In this document: piece after piece, positions 44,010 to 54,673 of the stretch | Numbering within the stretch: the first letter of the stretch is position 1 | Layout of the letters: each line of letters begins with the position of its first letter | From: Corallochytrium limacisporum Hawaii | Lineage: Eukaryota > Protista > Pluriformea | Direction of reading: 5' to 3' | Length of the DNA stretch: 64,000 bases | NCBI GenBank assembly: GCA_002811645.1 | Contig: PDIP01000052.1 | Span: 133,544 to 197,543 of the forward strand | Made by a program: the position numbers and the translations under genes | Notes under the pieces: model-generated | Databases searched by the model: none | What the model was told of the DNA's origin: nothing | The model's input: only the letters and a program-made list of their open reading frames with translations

Positions 44010-46927
44010 GGTGGTGGTGGTGGTTGTTGTTGTTGTTGCTGCTGCTCCTGCTGTTGTTGTTCTTCTTCTTGCTGCTGTTGTTGTTGCAGCAGTTGAGCTT
44101 GTACCGCCATGGCAGCAGCCTGTTGACTCGCAATAATTGCGTCGTTGGCCGGGAAGCCGCGCGTGGTAATGGGTCCGTCAATTTCCATGGCAAAGGTGGG
44201 ATCCTCTTCCGTATCGACAACCCATCCTGAAACGGACCCCGCACCAGACTCTGCCTCAGAGTCTGACTCTTGATTCTCTTCGGCAGCTGACTCTATCGCC
44301 TTGGTCTCCTTGGATACTGACTCAGGTTCCACAACCGTATCAATGTGTTTCAAATGTTCGAGGAAGTCCTGCAGTGTCTGCATTCGTCCAAGCTTCGCCC
44401 ATTCCCGCTTCACCGTCAAGGCGGCAACCTGCTCGCCGTTCTGAAGTTGGGCCAGTAGCGTGTTTACTGCGTTCGTGCGGTCCACATCGTTTTGCCACAA
44501 GAACGACCGCTGCGCTGGTCCGGACTCAGATGGAAAGCGCAGATTGTACTCACCGATCAGAGGTTTGCCGCCCCGAGAGTACCGCCGGAAGCACCAGTAC
44601 CGGTAGACAGTCTTGACCACTGCCAACGACGGCACTGTCGCAGCGCTGGAGGTGCTCTGCTTCACCAACAATTGCCGATGAATGGCTTCCGGATTGACAT
44701 CTCGAGGTGCTAATTGGGAAATGCGGTGCATGAGCTTGGTGCCGCTTGTCTTCATGGCATCTGGAGCGCCCGCAAACGGCTGTGGCTCCTCCTCCTGGCT
44801 TGTGTTCAGGTCTGTCTTGGAATCGGACTGGCGGGGATTCGGTGGGGCTGTTACATGGTCGTTGCCGTCGTTGTTCGCGTCGTTGTTGTTCTCCTCGTTC
44901 TTTTCCACAACCATTTCCTGTGCGTGTTCAGGTTTCTCCTTCGCGCTCTGACCACCCGCATAAGTTGGTGTTACCGCGGTGTCCTGGCCCGGCGCTGACT
45001 CCGCTGGGGCTGCCCCAGCTGGTACTGCCGCCGCCGGAGCCGCTGCCGCCGCTGCCGACGCTGCCGACGCTTGCGCCTCCAACTCAGCCTCGACCTCGGC
45101 CTCGACTTCAGGTCGTAGTTCTGCGCGGGCCGCAAGGTACGCTCCCGAGGGTCGACCGCGACCACGCGGCATGCGCTGGTCTAGGCGCTGCTCAATCATT
45201 TCTTCCTTTGTCAGAGGTCTAGGTGGTTTCGGTTCTTTTCTCTGTGATGAGAATTTTTGCCTGATTCTCCCAGCACGGCTGGCCGTTGAGCCATGCTCAC
45301 TGCCTCCGCCGGAACCGGCAGCTGCGGCAGCTGAGGAATATTCCACGCCCCAAAACAAGTCGCCTTCCTGCATCATTCGCACCGGAACCTGCGAGTGCCG
45401 TATGCAAAGTGACATACAGTGGCCCTCCCAGAAATCTACCTTCAAATGCTTTCGGCGTGCACAGGTGACGTGGTGGCTTTTGCGGCACGTCTGGACACAG
45501 CACTGAATGGGAGCACCGTACGGTTCTTTGCAAATATCACATTTCAAAGCCCACCGATCTTCACTGATCAGATCCAGTCCACGTACAGGCTCCATCAGCT
45601 CAACATCTGAGAAGAACAGTTCAGGCAACCACAGTGCACAACTGACATGGACCCAGCCGGCATTATGCTCCATGGGTTTCATGGCACCGCCGCGATTCGG
45701 GCACAGAAGACACGTCCAGGGATCCAGGCCGTGAACAAACGCCCCTCCTGTGCCTGGGCCAAATCCTAGGCCTTGTTTCTGTGATTCAGCGCAGGCATTG
45801 CATAGCCACACTCCCTCTGGGATGTGTTTGATACCGTAGCACGATTGATGGACGGCGATGTTGCAACCGTCGCAAAACAAAATTTCATTAGCCTCGTCAC
45901 CTTCCTCGCCTCCACAGACGTCGCACGCCGAATCCTCTTCTAGGACCATTCCTGTGACATCACAATGCCGCAATCGTCGCATAGCAATGTCATGGGCGGT
46001 ACATTCAAACGCGGTGATCAGCTGTTCCACTTGGTCGATGGTAATTTCTGGCAGGCACTTATCCTCCCGGTCCGCAGGTTTTTGAGCCTCCGGACCTTTG
46101 TCATGATCTATCGCAGTCTCCATACTGGCTTTGCTTTCCACATCAATTGCATGCGCCACTGGCACAGGCTCAGAGGTAGCTCGGTCAATGGTCAGGGCCT
46201 GCTTGGCACCCCCATCTACAATGACAACTTCTTTCCCCTCTAACCAGTGACGAGTCGGACTCCGTATCAAATGCGCTCCCGGAATTTCCTCAACATGGAT
46301 CACTCCACTGATTGATCTTTTTAATTGCGAAGCCAGTGGTTTTGGTGGCGTTGTTGGGATTTTCTGGGTTGATTCGTTTTCCGCAGGCTGATTCTCGCCC
46401 GATGCCTGCGTCTCCTTCCGACGTCGATGTAACTCCTCCACCCAGCACACATCCACTTCATCTGCAGTGTATAGAGGCCAAGGTCGCATTCCATAGATAC
46501 AATACGCATCCGTGTTAGGATCAGTCTTAACGTTGCGAAAGAAAGGGTCCATCTCCTCCTCAACCTCGTTGCTTCCAGCACCGAACGGACTGCGAGGCAT
46601 TTGCCGCAAATAAACATTGGACCGGCTGTCCATGAATGGTTGAACCAAATTAGGCACCATAGGGCCCGTACGAGACACATTTGCGTTATTTGACTCCGCA
46701 ATACGGTGCACCACTTTGGCCCTCTTGATCTCTTCCTTGGGTGCAGGAATTTGTACAGACTTTGTATATTGCGTCTTCCACTTGCATTCCATCGGTACCA
46801 ATGGCCCTTCACGTTTCAATTCCTGCCATTCTAGAGAGTCCTTCACGTACATTTTCGTAATGGGCTCTCGGCTAAAGATCTGCTTCCCATCGCTGGGAAC
46901 AGAACTATGTCCAACGTCGGCGCACAT
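43052..46927 (-). CDS. JADE: JADE/PHF17-like PZP (PHD-Zn knuckle-PHD) scaffold of the HBO1 acetyltransferase complex
   Basis: EPC-like N-terminus (IFSREPITKMYVKDS...WKTQYTKSVQIP), CDVC...NEILFCDGCNIAVHQSCYGI, CLLCPNRGGAMK, WVHVSCALWLPE, GAPIQC...HVTCA and YWCFRR...KPLI. No bromodomain or PWWP seen, which favours JADE over BRPF. Confidence 0.88.
43892..44091 (-). repeat. CAA/CAG polyglutamine tract with an internal polyproline run, inside JADE
   Basis: (TGT)n/(TGG)n on the + strand. Confidence 0.95.
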
Positions 46928-48068
46928 ATTGCGTTGGCTCCAGAATACAACTATTTGAACTTCATCCCTGCTTACGCCCTACGGCGGATGCGCACGGCGT
47001 CTTCCCACGTGGCTCATCATTTGTTCATAATCTATTCCAGCGTCGTTTGATTTCTTTGGCTGCGTCAATTGCGTCTTTGTGCCCAGTTGTTTCTTGCTCT
47101 GAGTCCGACAGTGTATTAACTACCACATGCTCTCGGGTTCTCTCGTGCTCTCCTAGCTCCACAAGTACCAAATGTACAGCGTAAGGCAAGATGAAGAACA
47201 ACGAAGCACAGATGCTGCCAAACTACGCAAACGCCACCTCTCCGACCCAGTCAGCTGCGTAGCAGGGTAACGCAACGCTAATGGATCACTGTCACTGCCC
47301 CATTCAGACAGTCTGCCAGTTGGTCCCCCACACCCGGTCCCCTTCCCGGCGCGTACTCCCCACCCTCCCCGCAAATCGTGCCCCCTCCCCTCCCCCCCCG
47401 CGGGGGAGCCACCAACACCGCCGACTCCGATGGGGCGAGTGGTTTCAACGCGGTTAAACCCTCACCCCGCAGGGCGGGGCACTTTCGTTAGTCGCTTTTA
47501 CCTCCGGTCAGCGCGCCCAAAAGGTTCAAAATCCTGAGATACTCTCGGAGGACACCCCCCCCCTCCTGCCTGCTCTTTCTTCGCTCCCTGCTCCTTATTT
47601 TTTTTACTTGTTTTGTGAAGAGTATAATCAAAAGGATCAATAGATTATTTGAGTATTGAAAAGAATCTAGATTTGTGATTCACACGTGATGGGTAGACTT
47701 GCCTTTCCAGGAAAGTAGGGAGAGACTGGGCCGAGCCGGTGAGGGCTCATCTCCTGGCTCTCCCGGTCAGTCGGATGGGGTCCGTGGGCCGCCAAGGGTC
47801 ACTGTGCCTGAGGGGCACCGGTGGGCCTCGTTGCGGGAATTGGAACAATGAAACGGGAACCAGAAACACAACAGCAATTGTATTAAATTCTCTTTACGGG
47901 GATTCTGTATTCCCACGTTCAGTGTCGAAGATTTGTCTTGTTTTAACCATCTGCGGGAGAGCTTCATGTGGACGTGTGGACATGTGGACAAGCGGCTGTA
48001 GTCAAGTGAATCAGGTGGCGGACAGATGCAACGACAGGAGCGCCACAGCTTGCCAATGGCTTACGACT

Positions 48069-49157
48069 TTACATCTCAACAATAATGTCTTCGAGGGGCT
48101 TGCGGGTAAGTTCGGGCACGACAGCGTGTGATGACGGGTAACCAACCGGCAGGAGAATGTACGGTTTTTCATTGGTAGGCCGTTTGAGGATGCGATGCAG
48201 GAATTGCATGGGCGTGGGGGTATGGGTGAGCGTGACAAGACCAGACGCGTTGATGGCAGAAATCAACATGCCCGTGGCAATTCCTACTGACTTTTCAAAG
48301 TAGTAGTGCTGTTGCTTTGAACCATCGTCTTTCTCACCGTACGTTTGCTTGAAAACCACAATCAGGCACGGGCAGACCTCCAGAAACTCTTTCTGCCAAT
48401 CGGTACCAATGTGCGCGAGATCGTCCTTCCATTCGTCTGCCATACGCCGTTCGTAATTGATTTTCTCCTCTTCCTCGGCGGCGAGACGGATTTGTCGTTT
48501 GATCTCTGCGTCATACACAACAACAAACGTCCACGGTTGCGTGTGCGCACCGGATGGCCCGGTCGATGCCGCAAGACAACAGTTTCGAATCGCCTCAACG
48601 GGCACGGGACGGCTGGAGAAGTACCGACACGACCGCCGACGGTTGAGAGAGTGATAATACATAGCAGCCCGACTTGCGGTTTCTGCATCAGTTACCTGAG
48701 GAAAGAAAAATTTAACATGACGCTCCTCGAGGTCGTCGCGTGGCGCAGTCTCTCGACCCTCCGAACCGTCCGCCAAAGTGATCTTCTTTATCCGTCCGTC
48801 TGTCCGCTCTTCTAAGTCCTTACTCAAAGGAATGTTGTCACCAACGGGTGACATAACTAGCGTATCCTGAGTTGCCTCAGTCTTCGTTAAAGCGCTGGCG
48901 ACATGGTCACTGCGCCGGTGCAAGCCGATCCAGGCGAGCTTGCCACCGATCAAGCCTTTCTCCGCGGACCTAGAATAGTGCAAGGGCAAACGCAAGGCCA
49001 ATTTGTTCAAGGTCACCAAGAAAACAAAAGTAGCAAACAGTGTGCTGACAATTGCTCCCAAAACAAACCCGGCCGCAAGGCCTGCGTCACCGAAGGCTTC
49101 GCCGCCAAACGCGGAAAGGTATTTCAGCAATTGGTCTACGATCATCTTCGTTTCCAA
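48069..49157 (-). CDS. IYD: Iodotyrosine deiodinase (nitro-FMN reductase family) with N-terminal membrane anchor
   Basis: RRSCRYFSSRPVP, GPSGAHTQPWTFVVV, IRLAAEEEEKINY, GTDWQKEFLE, HYYFEKSVGIATG, GLVTLTHTP and LLPVGYP. Confidence 0.93.
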   Translation of the reverse strand: METKMIVDQLLKYLSAFGGEAFGDAGLAAGFVLGAIVSTLFATFVFLVTLNKLALRLPLHYSRSAEKGLIGGKLAWIGLHRRSDHVASALTKTEATQDTLVMSPVGDNIPLSKDLEERTDGRIKKITLADGSEGRETAPRDDLEERHVKFFFPQVTDAETASRAAMYYHSLNRRRSCRYFSSRPVPVEAIRNCCLAASTGPSGAHTQPWTFVVVYDAEIKRQIRLAAEEEEKINYERRMADEWKDDLAHIGTDWQKEFLEVCPCLIVVFKQTYGEKDDGSKQQHYYFEKSVGIATGMLISAINASGLVTLTHTPTPMQFLHRILKRPTNEKPYILLPVGYPSSHAVVPELTRKPLEDIIVEM

Positions 49158-49973
49158 ATCTCTACCGCACCAAAGGTGTATTCACGTTTTTGAAATCTTA
49201 CCGAGAAGGCCAATTTCTTGTTTGAAGTACTGAAACACCTGGCCACTGCCCCAAGGGGAATGTGTCCGGCCATGTACACAATGTTGCCAACCGCCCGGTG
49301 CATGACAGGACGATCAGGATATCTGGGACGCAACATTCTTCGTGGCCCCTCCCTCCCTCCATCCCCTGCCTCACCCCCGTCCCGGCTTTGTTATTGTACG
49401 GGTTAGCGAGAAAACAAGCGGCCGGCCAAACTTTGATGGTATGGGCCAATAGCGCCCCCCCCCGACGAACCCCTCGCTACCCCATTTACTCAACTCGGGA
49501 GACATTGTGGGAACTCTCGCCGCCTTCCCCCCCCCACCGCCGCTTCCTTTTTACGCAATGGCCCTCGAGGGGCGGTGGCGGGTACAATCACGATGGGTGG
49601 AAGGGACCCGGTTGGTAGTGAATTCGTCCTTACTAAAATAGGAGTCCAATTTTCTTGGGAGACTCGGCGGGCGGGACCCGCCTCCGGAGACAACACCCAC
49701 CATGTGTCTGAGTGTGCCAGAACACGGTCATGGTTTTGTTCTGTTGTTATACACCTTTCGTGACGTTGTCTCTCGCAGCTCTCTGTATAGCTAATTCAGG
49801 TATTTTGAACTCTGGATGATTGTCCTTTGCGAGTGTAGAAGCCTGATGAATGTGAGAGACAGAAGGCAAAGTGAATGGAGCTACTGATCACCTGAGAAGA
49901 ATAGTCGACCCATGCAGATATACGCACCATAAAGAGCTTTGGATTGTTCGTTGAGATAAATGGATTAGAACCT

Positions 49974-50675
49974 ATGTCCGGTCGCTGGGGACAAAACTAC
50001 GACTCTAAAGAATACTGGGAGGAGAGGTACGGTTCTGCTGCAAAAGAACAGACATATTTCGACTGGTATCTGATCACCTTTACTCGCATCGAACCTCTGG
50101 TCAGGGCATATGTCACTGAGAAGATAGGATTGGCCATCGATGTGGGCTGCGGAAATTCTAATATTTCTCAAGAGATATATGCCTCAGGATTATTTGGGTC
50201 CGTTATTGGCATTGACTATTCTGAGAATGTGATCAACTTGCAGAACAACGGGTTAAACAATGCCCAATGCCCCGGGCTGTCATTCCAATGCGCCAATGTC
50301 ACTGCCATGGGTTCCACGCTGGAGGAGGGATCTGTTGATGTGATCTTTGACAAGGCAACAATGGATGCTCTTGACTGTGGTGAAGATCAGACCAATTCCA
50401 TCGCTGCTGCCAAAGAATACGGGCGCGTACTCAACACCGTGCATGGTCTGTGCTTCATTATCACGTGCCGTGATCCAACACGTCGATTGGACTCGTTCGA
50501 CAAGAACGGACCTTTGGTACCCCTGGAAATTTGCGAGCTCCGCAAACCGGAAGGAGATAACTCTCCCGATCGAGTCCATGTTTTGGTCTTTACCACTGCT
50601 GGATCTATTCACGAGAAACCGATCCCCCCGGTGAGGAGCACCCTCGACACAATGGGCACACTGGTCCGTACATAG
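49974..50675 (+). CDS. Class I SAM-dependent methyltransferase, EEF1AKMT4/METTL13-N-like
   Basis: YDSKEYWEERY...FDWY, DVGCGNS, IDYSENVI and DVIFDKATMDAL. Confidence 0.85.
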   Translation: MSGRWGQNYDSKEYWEERYGSAAKEQTYFDWYLITFTRIEPLVRAYVTEKIGLAIDVGCGNSNISQEIYASGLFGSVIGIDYSENVINLQNNGLNNAQCPGLSFQCANVTAMGSTLEEGSVDVIFDKATMDALDCGEDQTNSIAAAKEYGRVLNTVHGLCFIITCRDPTRRLDSFDKNGPLVPLEICELRKPEGDNSPDRVHVLVFTTAGSIHEKPIPPVRSTLDTMGTLVRT

Positions 50676-50851
50676 GCCACATTGTCATGCCTTAGGAAAC
50701 ATAGCAGCAACTCCTCAGTACGTACAGCACAATTCACTTTTTCAATACAGCCATGGTATCCATGATCAGATTACTATGAGTTAAAAGCCATGCAGTGGCA
50801 GTTTATCAACCTTGGTCGCTTATCTACTAGCTTGCGATGCTAGGCCGCTGG

Positions 50852-51547
50852 CTATAGTTTCGGCAACTCACTGTACTTCGAGAAAACGGCCGGATCAAAC
50901 GCAGCCAATGACTCCTTCTCGTGCTTGAACGCCGCCTGGAACGCCGGGCGTTTCTCCAGCCGTGCCATGTATGCATGTAGGTCAGGTCCATAACTCTCCC
51001 AGGCACCGATTTGTTTGCCCAGAATAATAGAGTACGACACATCAATATCGGCGATGGTGAACTTGTCGCCAAGCAGGTACGGCTGCTGACCGTCCCTGAG
51101 TGTATTCTGCACCAGACGCATGCGCGCCAAGTGCCAAGCCTTGTAGTCCTCGCCGACTTCCTGCAATCCGCGCTGCTTTTCAAATATGCAGTATCTTAGA
51201 TAAAGCGTCTGGGGAAAGGTTAAGGTAGCATCGGCGTGGAACAGCCAGTTCAGATAAGTTCCGTATCGCGGATCACTAGGCGGTACCGAGATCTGCCGAG
51301 TAGTGTCGTACTGTTCCACAAGATATAGAGGAATACCACAGGACTCAGTCATGCGTACCTCTCCGTCTAGGAAATAAGGGATAGTCCCTAGCGAATTGAA
51401 CTCTTTGAACCCTTTGGCTTTAGCCCGAGGTGGGAAGGGCATGGTAACCAAGTCATAGTCCAACTTCAATTCATTCAGCGTCCACAGAACGCGGAAACTG
51501 CGTGCCTGGTCACAGTGAAACAGAACTCTCTTAGCTGCACCCGCCAT
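50852..51547 (-). CDS. Glutathione S-transferase of bacterial type
   Basis: RSFRVLWTLNEL, NSLGTIP, MTESCGI, YLLGDKFTIADI and AYMARLEKRPAF. Confidence 0.92.
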   Translation of the reverse strand: MAGAAKRVLFHCDQARSFRVLWTLNELKLDYDLVTMPFPPRAKAKGFKEFNSLGTIPYFLDGEVRMTESCGIPLYLVEQYDTTRQISVPPSDPRYGTYLNWLFHADATLTFPQTLYLRYCIFEKQRGLQEVGEDYKAWHLARMRLVQNTLRDGQQPYLLGDKFTIADIDVSYSIILGKQIGAWESYGPDLHAYMARLEKRPAFQAAFKHEKESLAAFDPAVFSKYSELPKL

Positions 51548-51778
51548 CCTTTCCTTTCACAGTTACTGTCCTGTGTGAGTCTGTATGTACTCAGATGCGG
51601 TCGCGGAAGAACGTTCATCCTTGTCATGTGAATCTCCCTTATTGAAATACCATTGATGACTGACGAAGGAGTTCAAATGAAAATGGAGACAGAGACACAC
51701 AGAGAACATTCAAGTGTGTGGCTTTCATCAGTTGTTCTACTCATTGTCAGGATACGCCCATGATTCGAAGCGCCTACA

Positions 51779-51807
<29 letters not shown>
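51779..51807. repeat. (AC)n microsatellite
   Basis: Seen directly. Confidence 0.9.
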
Positions 51808-51810
<3 letters not shown>

Positions 51811-54026
51811 CCATGGAGAAAACCAACCGCAAACGCAAGCCAGCAGAAACCGATACCACGACCTCTGTCCCCACCAAGCGCCAGTTTTGTGTGGGCACCG
51901 TCGGACGGGTTCGGATCCGCAAAACCGGCAGATACGTGGTCTTATAGATAATAGACCTTGTGTGAGTGGGCTTTTGCGATAATGATAAAGAAGCGAAAGG
52001 TGTAGGGTACACGGGACCCCGCGAAAGGTGAGCCACGGGGTATGTGTGAGTGCGGACAACGAAAGGTGGACTCTTTTTCAAGGACAAACAGCCTCGCACT
52101 GGGCACGGGCACACACACTGACCTGACCAGGTGAACTGGCAAATCGTGTCGAGAAATCGAAAGCAAGGACTATTTTTAGTGAGACAGGCGGCCAGGGAAG
52201 GAGCGGAGGGTGCGGTTGGCGGGCCACCGCTGTGCGGTGGTGGGAGGAAAGGGAGGTGGGGAGAGGGGAATGGCCTTTCGGTCTCGTGCTCCCAAAAAAA
52301 AAAGGATCGTAGTTGTAAAATAGTCCGGATGTCCCCTTCTATAGCCTTCGTGGCCGATTTTGTGGGCGACCGCGTTTGTGCGTTGCGGTGTGGGCCATCG
52401 CGATCCCTCGTTTTGATTTCATGGTTGTGAAAAAATGACATGATGACCTATGAGCCGTTCGCCATGCCATTGAAGGTCGTTCCGAGTGCTTCTCTGGGAT
52501 GTTGCAGCTATACGGATCAATAGGCGGATGTAACCTCTGTGACTCCAGACGAAGCATAGATCCGGTGCGCCATACCACAAGACCCGCTGTTTTCTTAGGT
52601 ATTGGGTGCCAGAACATACGTGGAACTATCCCAAGGTCGAGCGACCGAGAAGTGTATTTTGTGCAGCTTCGCTGTGTGGTAATATTGCGGGATTCCGACA
52701 CCGCCACATGCAGGAGCGGGGTTCCCTTTTGCTTTATTTGCAGACAGTCTTCCGAGGCCTTCTGATCTTGCTCCCAACCCTTAACCCCTTACTGAAATGC
52801 TTTGTCATTTTAGTTGACTACTTTCGTCCCTCTGCACATGCCCGATTTCGGGAAGGCACGTGCCAATCGGCAAGGACAAAGTTTGTTAATGGATTGCGAC
52901 CTCGCATCACCTGAAGAGGTCCAAGACGCAGAATGAGATTGACCAATCCGCTCGCAATGACCCCTTACGCGAACGAAGAGAAAAGAAAAACCTGGAGCTC
53001 TTAATAATTCTTGCAGCGTGAAATACGCCAGAAACACATTCGTTCCCCATCCAGCAAATCCCGCGGCCGAATCAACAGTGTGAGTGTGAGTGTACCAGGC
53101 TGACGGCACCTAGCACAAAGCAGCATTGCCGTCATCCAGTCGCGGGCGCTGCTACACCGCAGATCTCTTACTCTTGTGTCGCCCAGAGTATGGCTGTAGA
53201 TTAGAAGACGCTCATGCATACAGTACTACGATGATAGTTTCTGATCAGACGGACCCATCGCCCAACCGAGGAAGGAAAAATACTGATGAACAGCAGCGGG
53301 CCTTTTTGGAACCCTACGTCGCCGGTACGGACCCCCGGGGAGAGAAACAGTCCCGAAATGCTGCGGGTCAAGCTGCACAAAGGGAATGCAGGGGAGCCAA
53401 ATAAAAAATGGTGGGAAGCATACCAGTGCGGATTCCACTCCATCTCCATTTGCTTGCTGAATGACTGTGTCGGGAGAGAAGTTACTTCGTCCCCTCCGAG
53501 GAAAGGAATTCCGGGGGAATATTGTGGTGGTCGGTGATTGATGTGCCTAAGGAACACGCCTTTTGTTGCCAACTCCGTGATATGCCATAGGGTATTATGA
53601 TCCTCAGGACCACCACGAGCCAAATCTTGGGACAATACCATACCCACCAACACACACCCTGGTCCAGGGGGGGCAGGGCTAAGTTGAGCACATACCTAGT
53701 TCTTTATGAGATTTGGGGAGTGAGCGATAGATAGGTACACGCTCCAGAATGCACACGGCGTTTGTGACTTGTGAGGATTTGCCCCCTTTTTTTGTTCCTA
53801 TCGGATACTCTCCTTTGGAGCCCCCCGTGGACCCATGGTCAAAACATCGGACCGACGGATTTAGTTGCTATGTGCTTTGTTGCACGAGTGTACCATAATT
53901 CTCGTTCAATAAACCCCGCGGGCCCCAATCAAACTGCGTACCGGTACTTGGGCTTACCCCTCTCCCCATCCCCCCAAACTTCCAATTGGGAGCGGTCGTT
54001 ATGTTAGCTTATGTTGGCTTCCCCTT

Positions 54027-54046
54027 CCCCCCCCCCCGGGGGGGGG
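54027..54046. promoter_or_regulatory. C11G9 palindromic tract upstream of the 54674 gene
   Basis: The tract is seen directly; its role is inferred. Confidence 0.4.
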
Positions 54047-54673
54047 CCTTCCCCGCACTTCTTCATTCCCCAGCATTATTCCCTATCCCACACGCGTTGT
54101 TCTCCCGTTTTCAATAATTTTCACATAATTTCAGTATAGAGAGATCATCCCTACAGACGAACACAAGAATGTACAGGAATTGGAGAAGGATATATGAACG
54201 ACAAAGGCGGGACAAGAAAAAATATGGAGAAGGCCAGGGTCGGGGCGATAACGATGGAAGGAGGCCCGGCTCATATCCGTTTCCTCGTACAATTTGCTAG
54301 TGCTACTGATGGGGCCCATCGTCTCGGGGTGATTTGGGGTACGTGAGCCAGTGCTGCGCAGACCATGGTGTGATGCGGAAACGAAATGGAAGGCGGTGAT
54401 GGCGCGCTGAAATACTTGATTTCCTGTCTTTGTGTCCATTCGGACGCATCTTTTGTTGAAGCCTGCTGTAACTTATTGCGTTTTTATTAACCAGTAGAAG
54501 TCAACCACGAATGAATAGCACGCGAGCATCAGGTATTTGGAACGGAGTGAAAAAGACGTCACGCTGCATTGGGGATCCGCTATGTATGGTTCAACAATAA
54601 GAATAGGCGGTATCACAGAACAAGACTTTCAGATGAAATTAATTAAATTAACGGTAGATCGTGGGTAAATACT

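Noticed and set aside
43226-44244. Poly-C/V/L/N ORFs overlapping JADE
   Set aside because: Alternative-frame readings of the polyQ and acidic repeats.
47421-47540. tRNA-like A-box (TGGGGCGAGTGG) and B-box (GGTTCAAAATCC)
   Set aside because: No acceptor or anticodon stem can be formed and the spacing is wrong. The region is better explained as GC-rich promoter hairpins (47432-47468).
53126-53440. Homeodomain-like fragments (RGRKNTDEQQRAFLE ... KKWW)
   Set aside because: It needs frameshifts to join and lacks the WFxNxR core, so it is probably chance.
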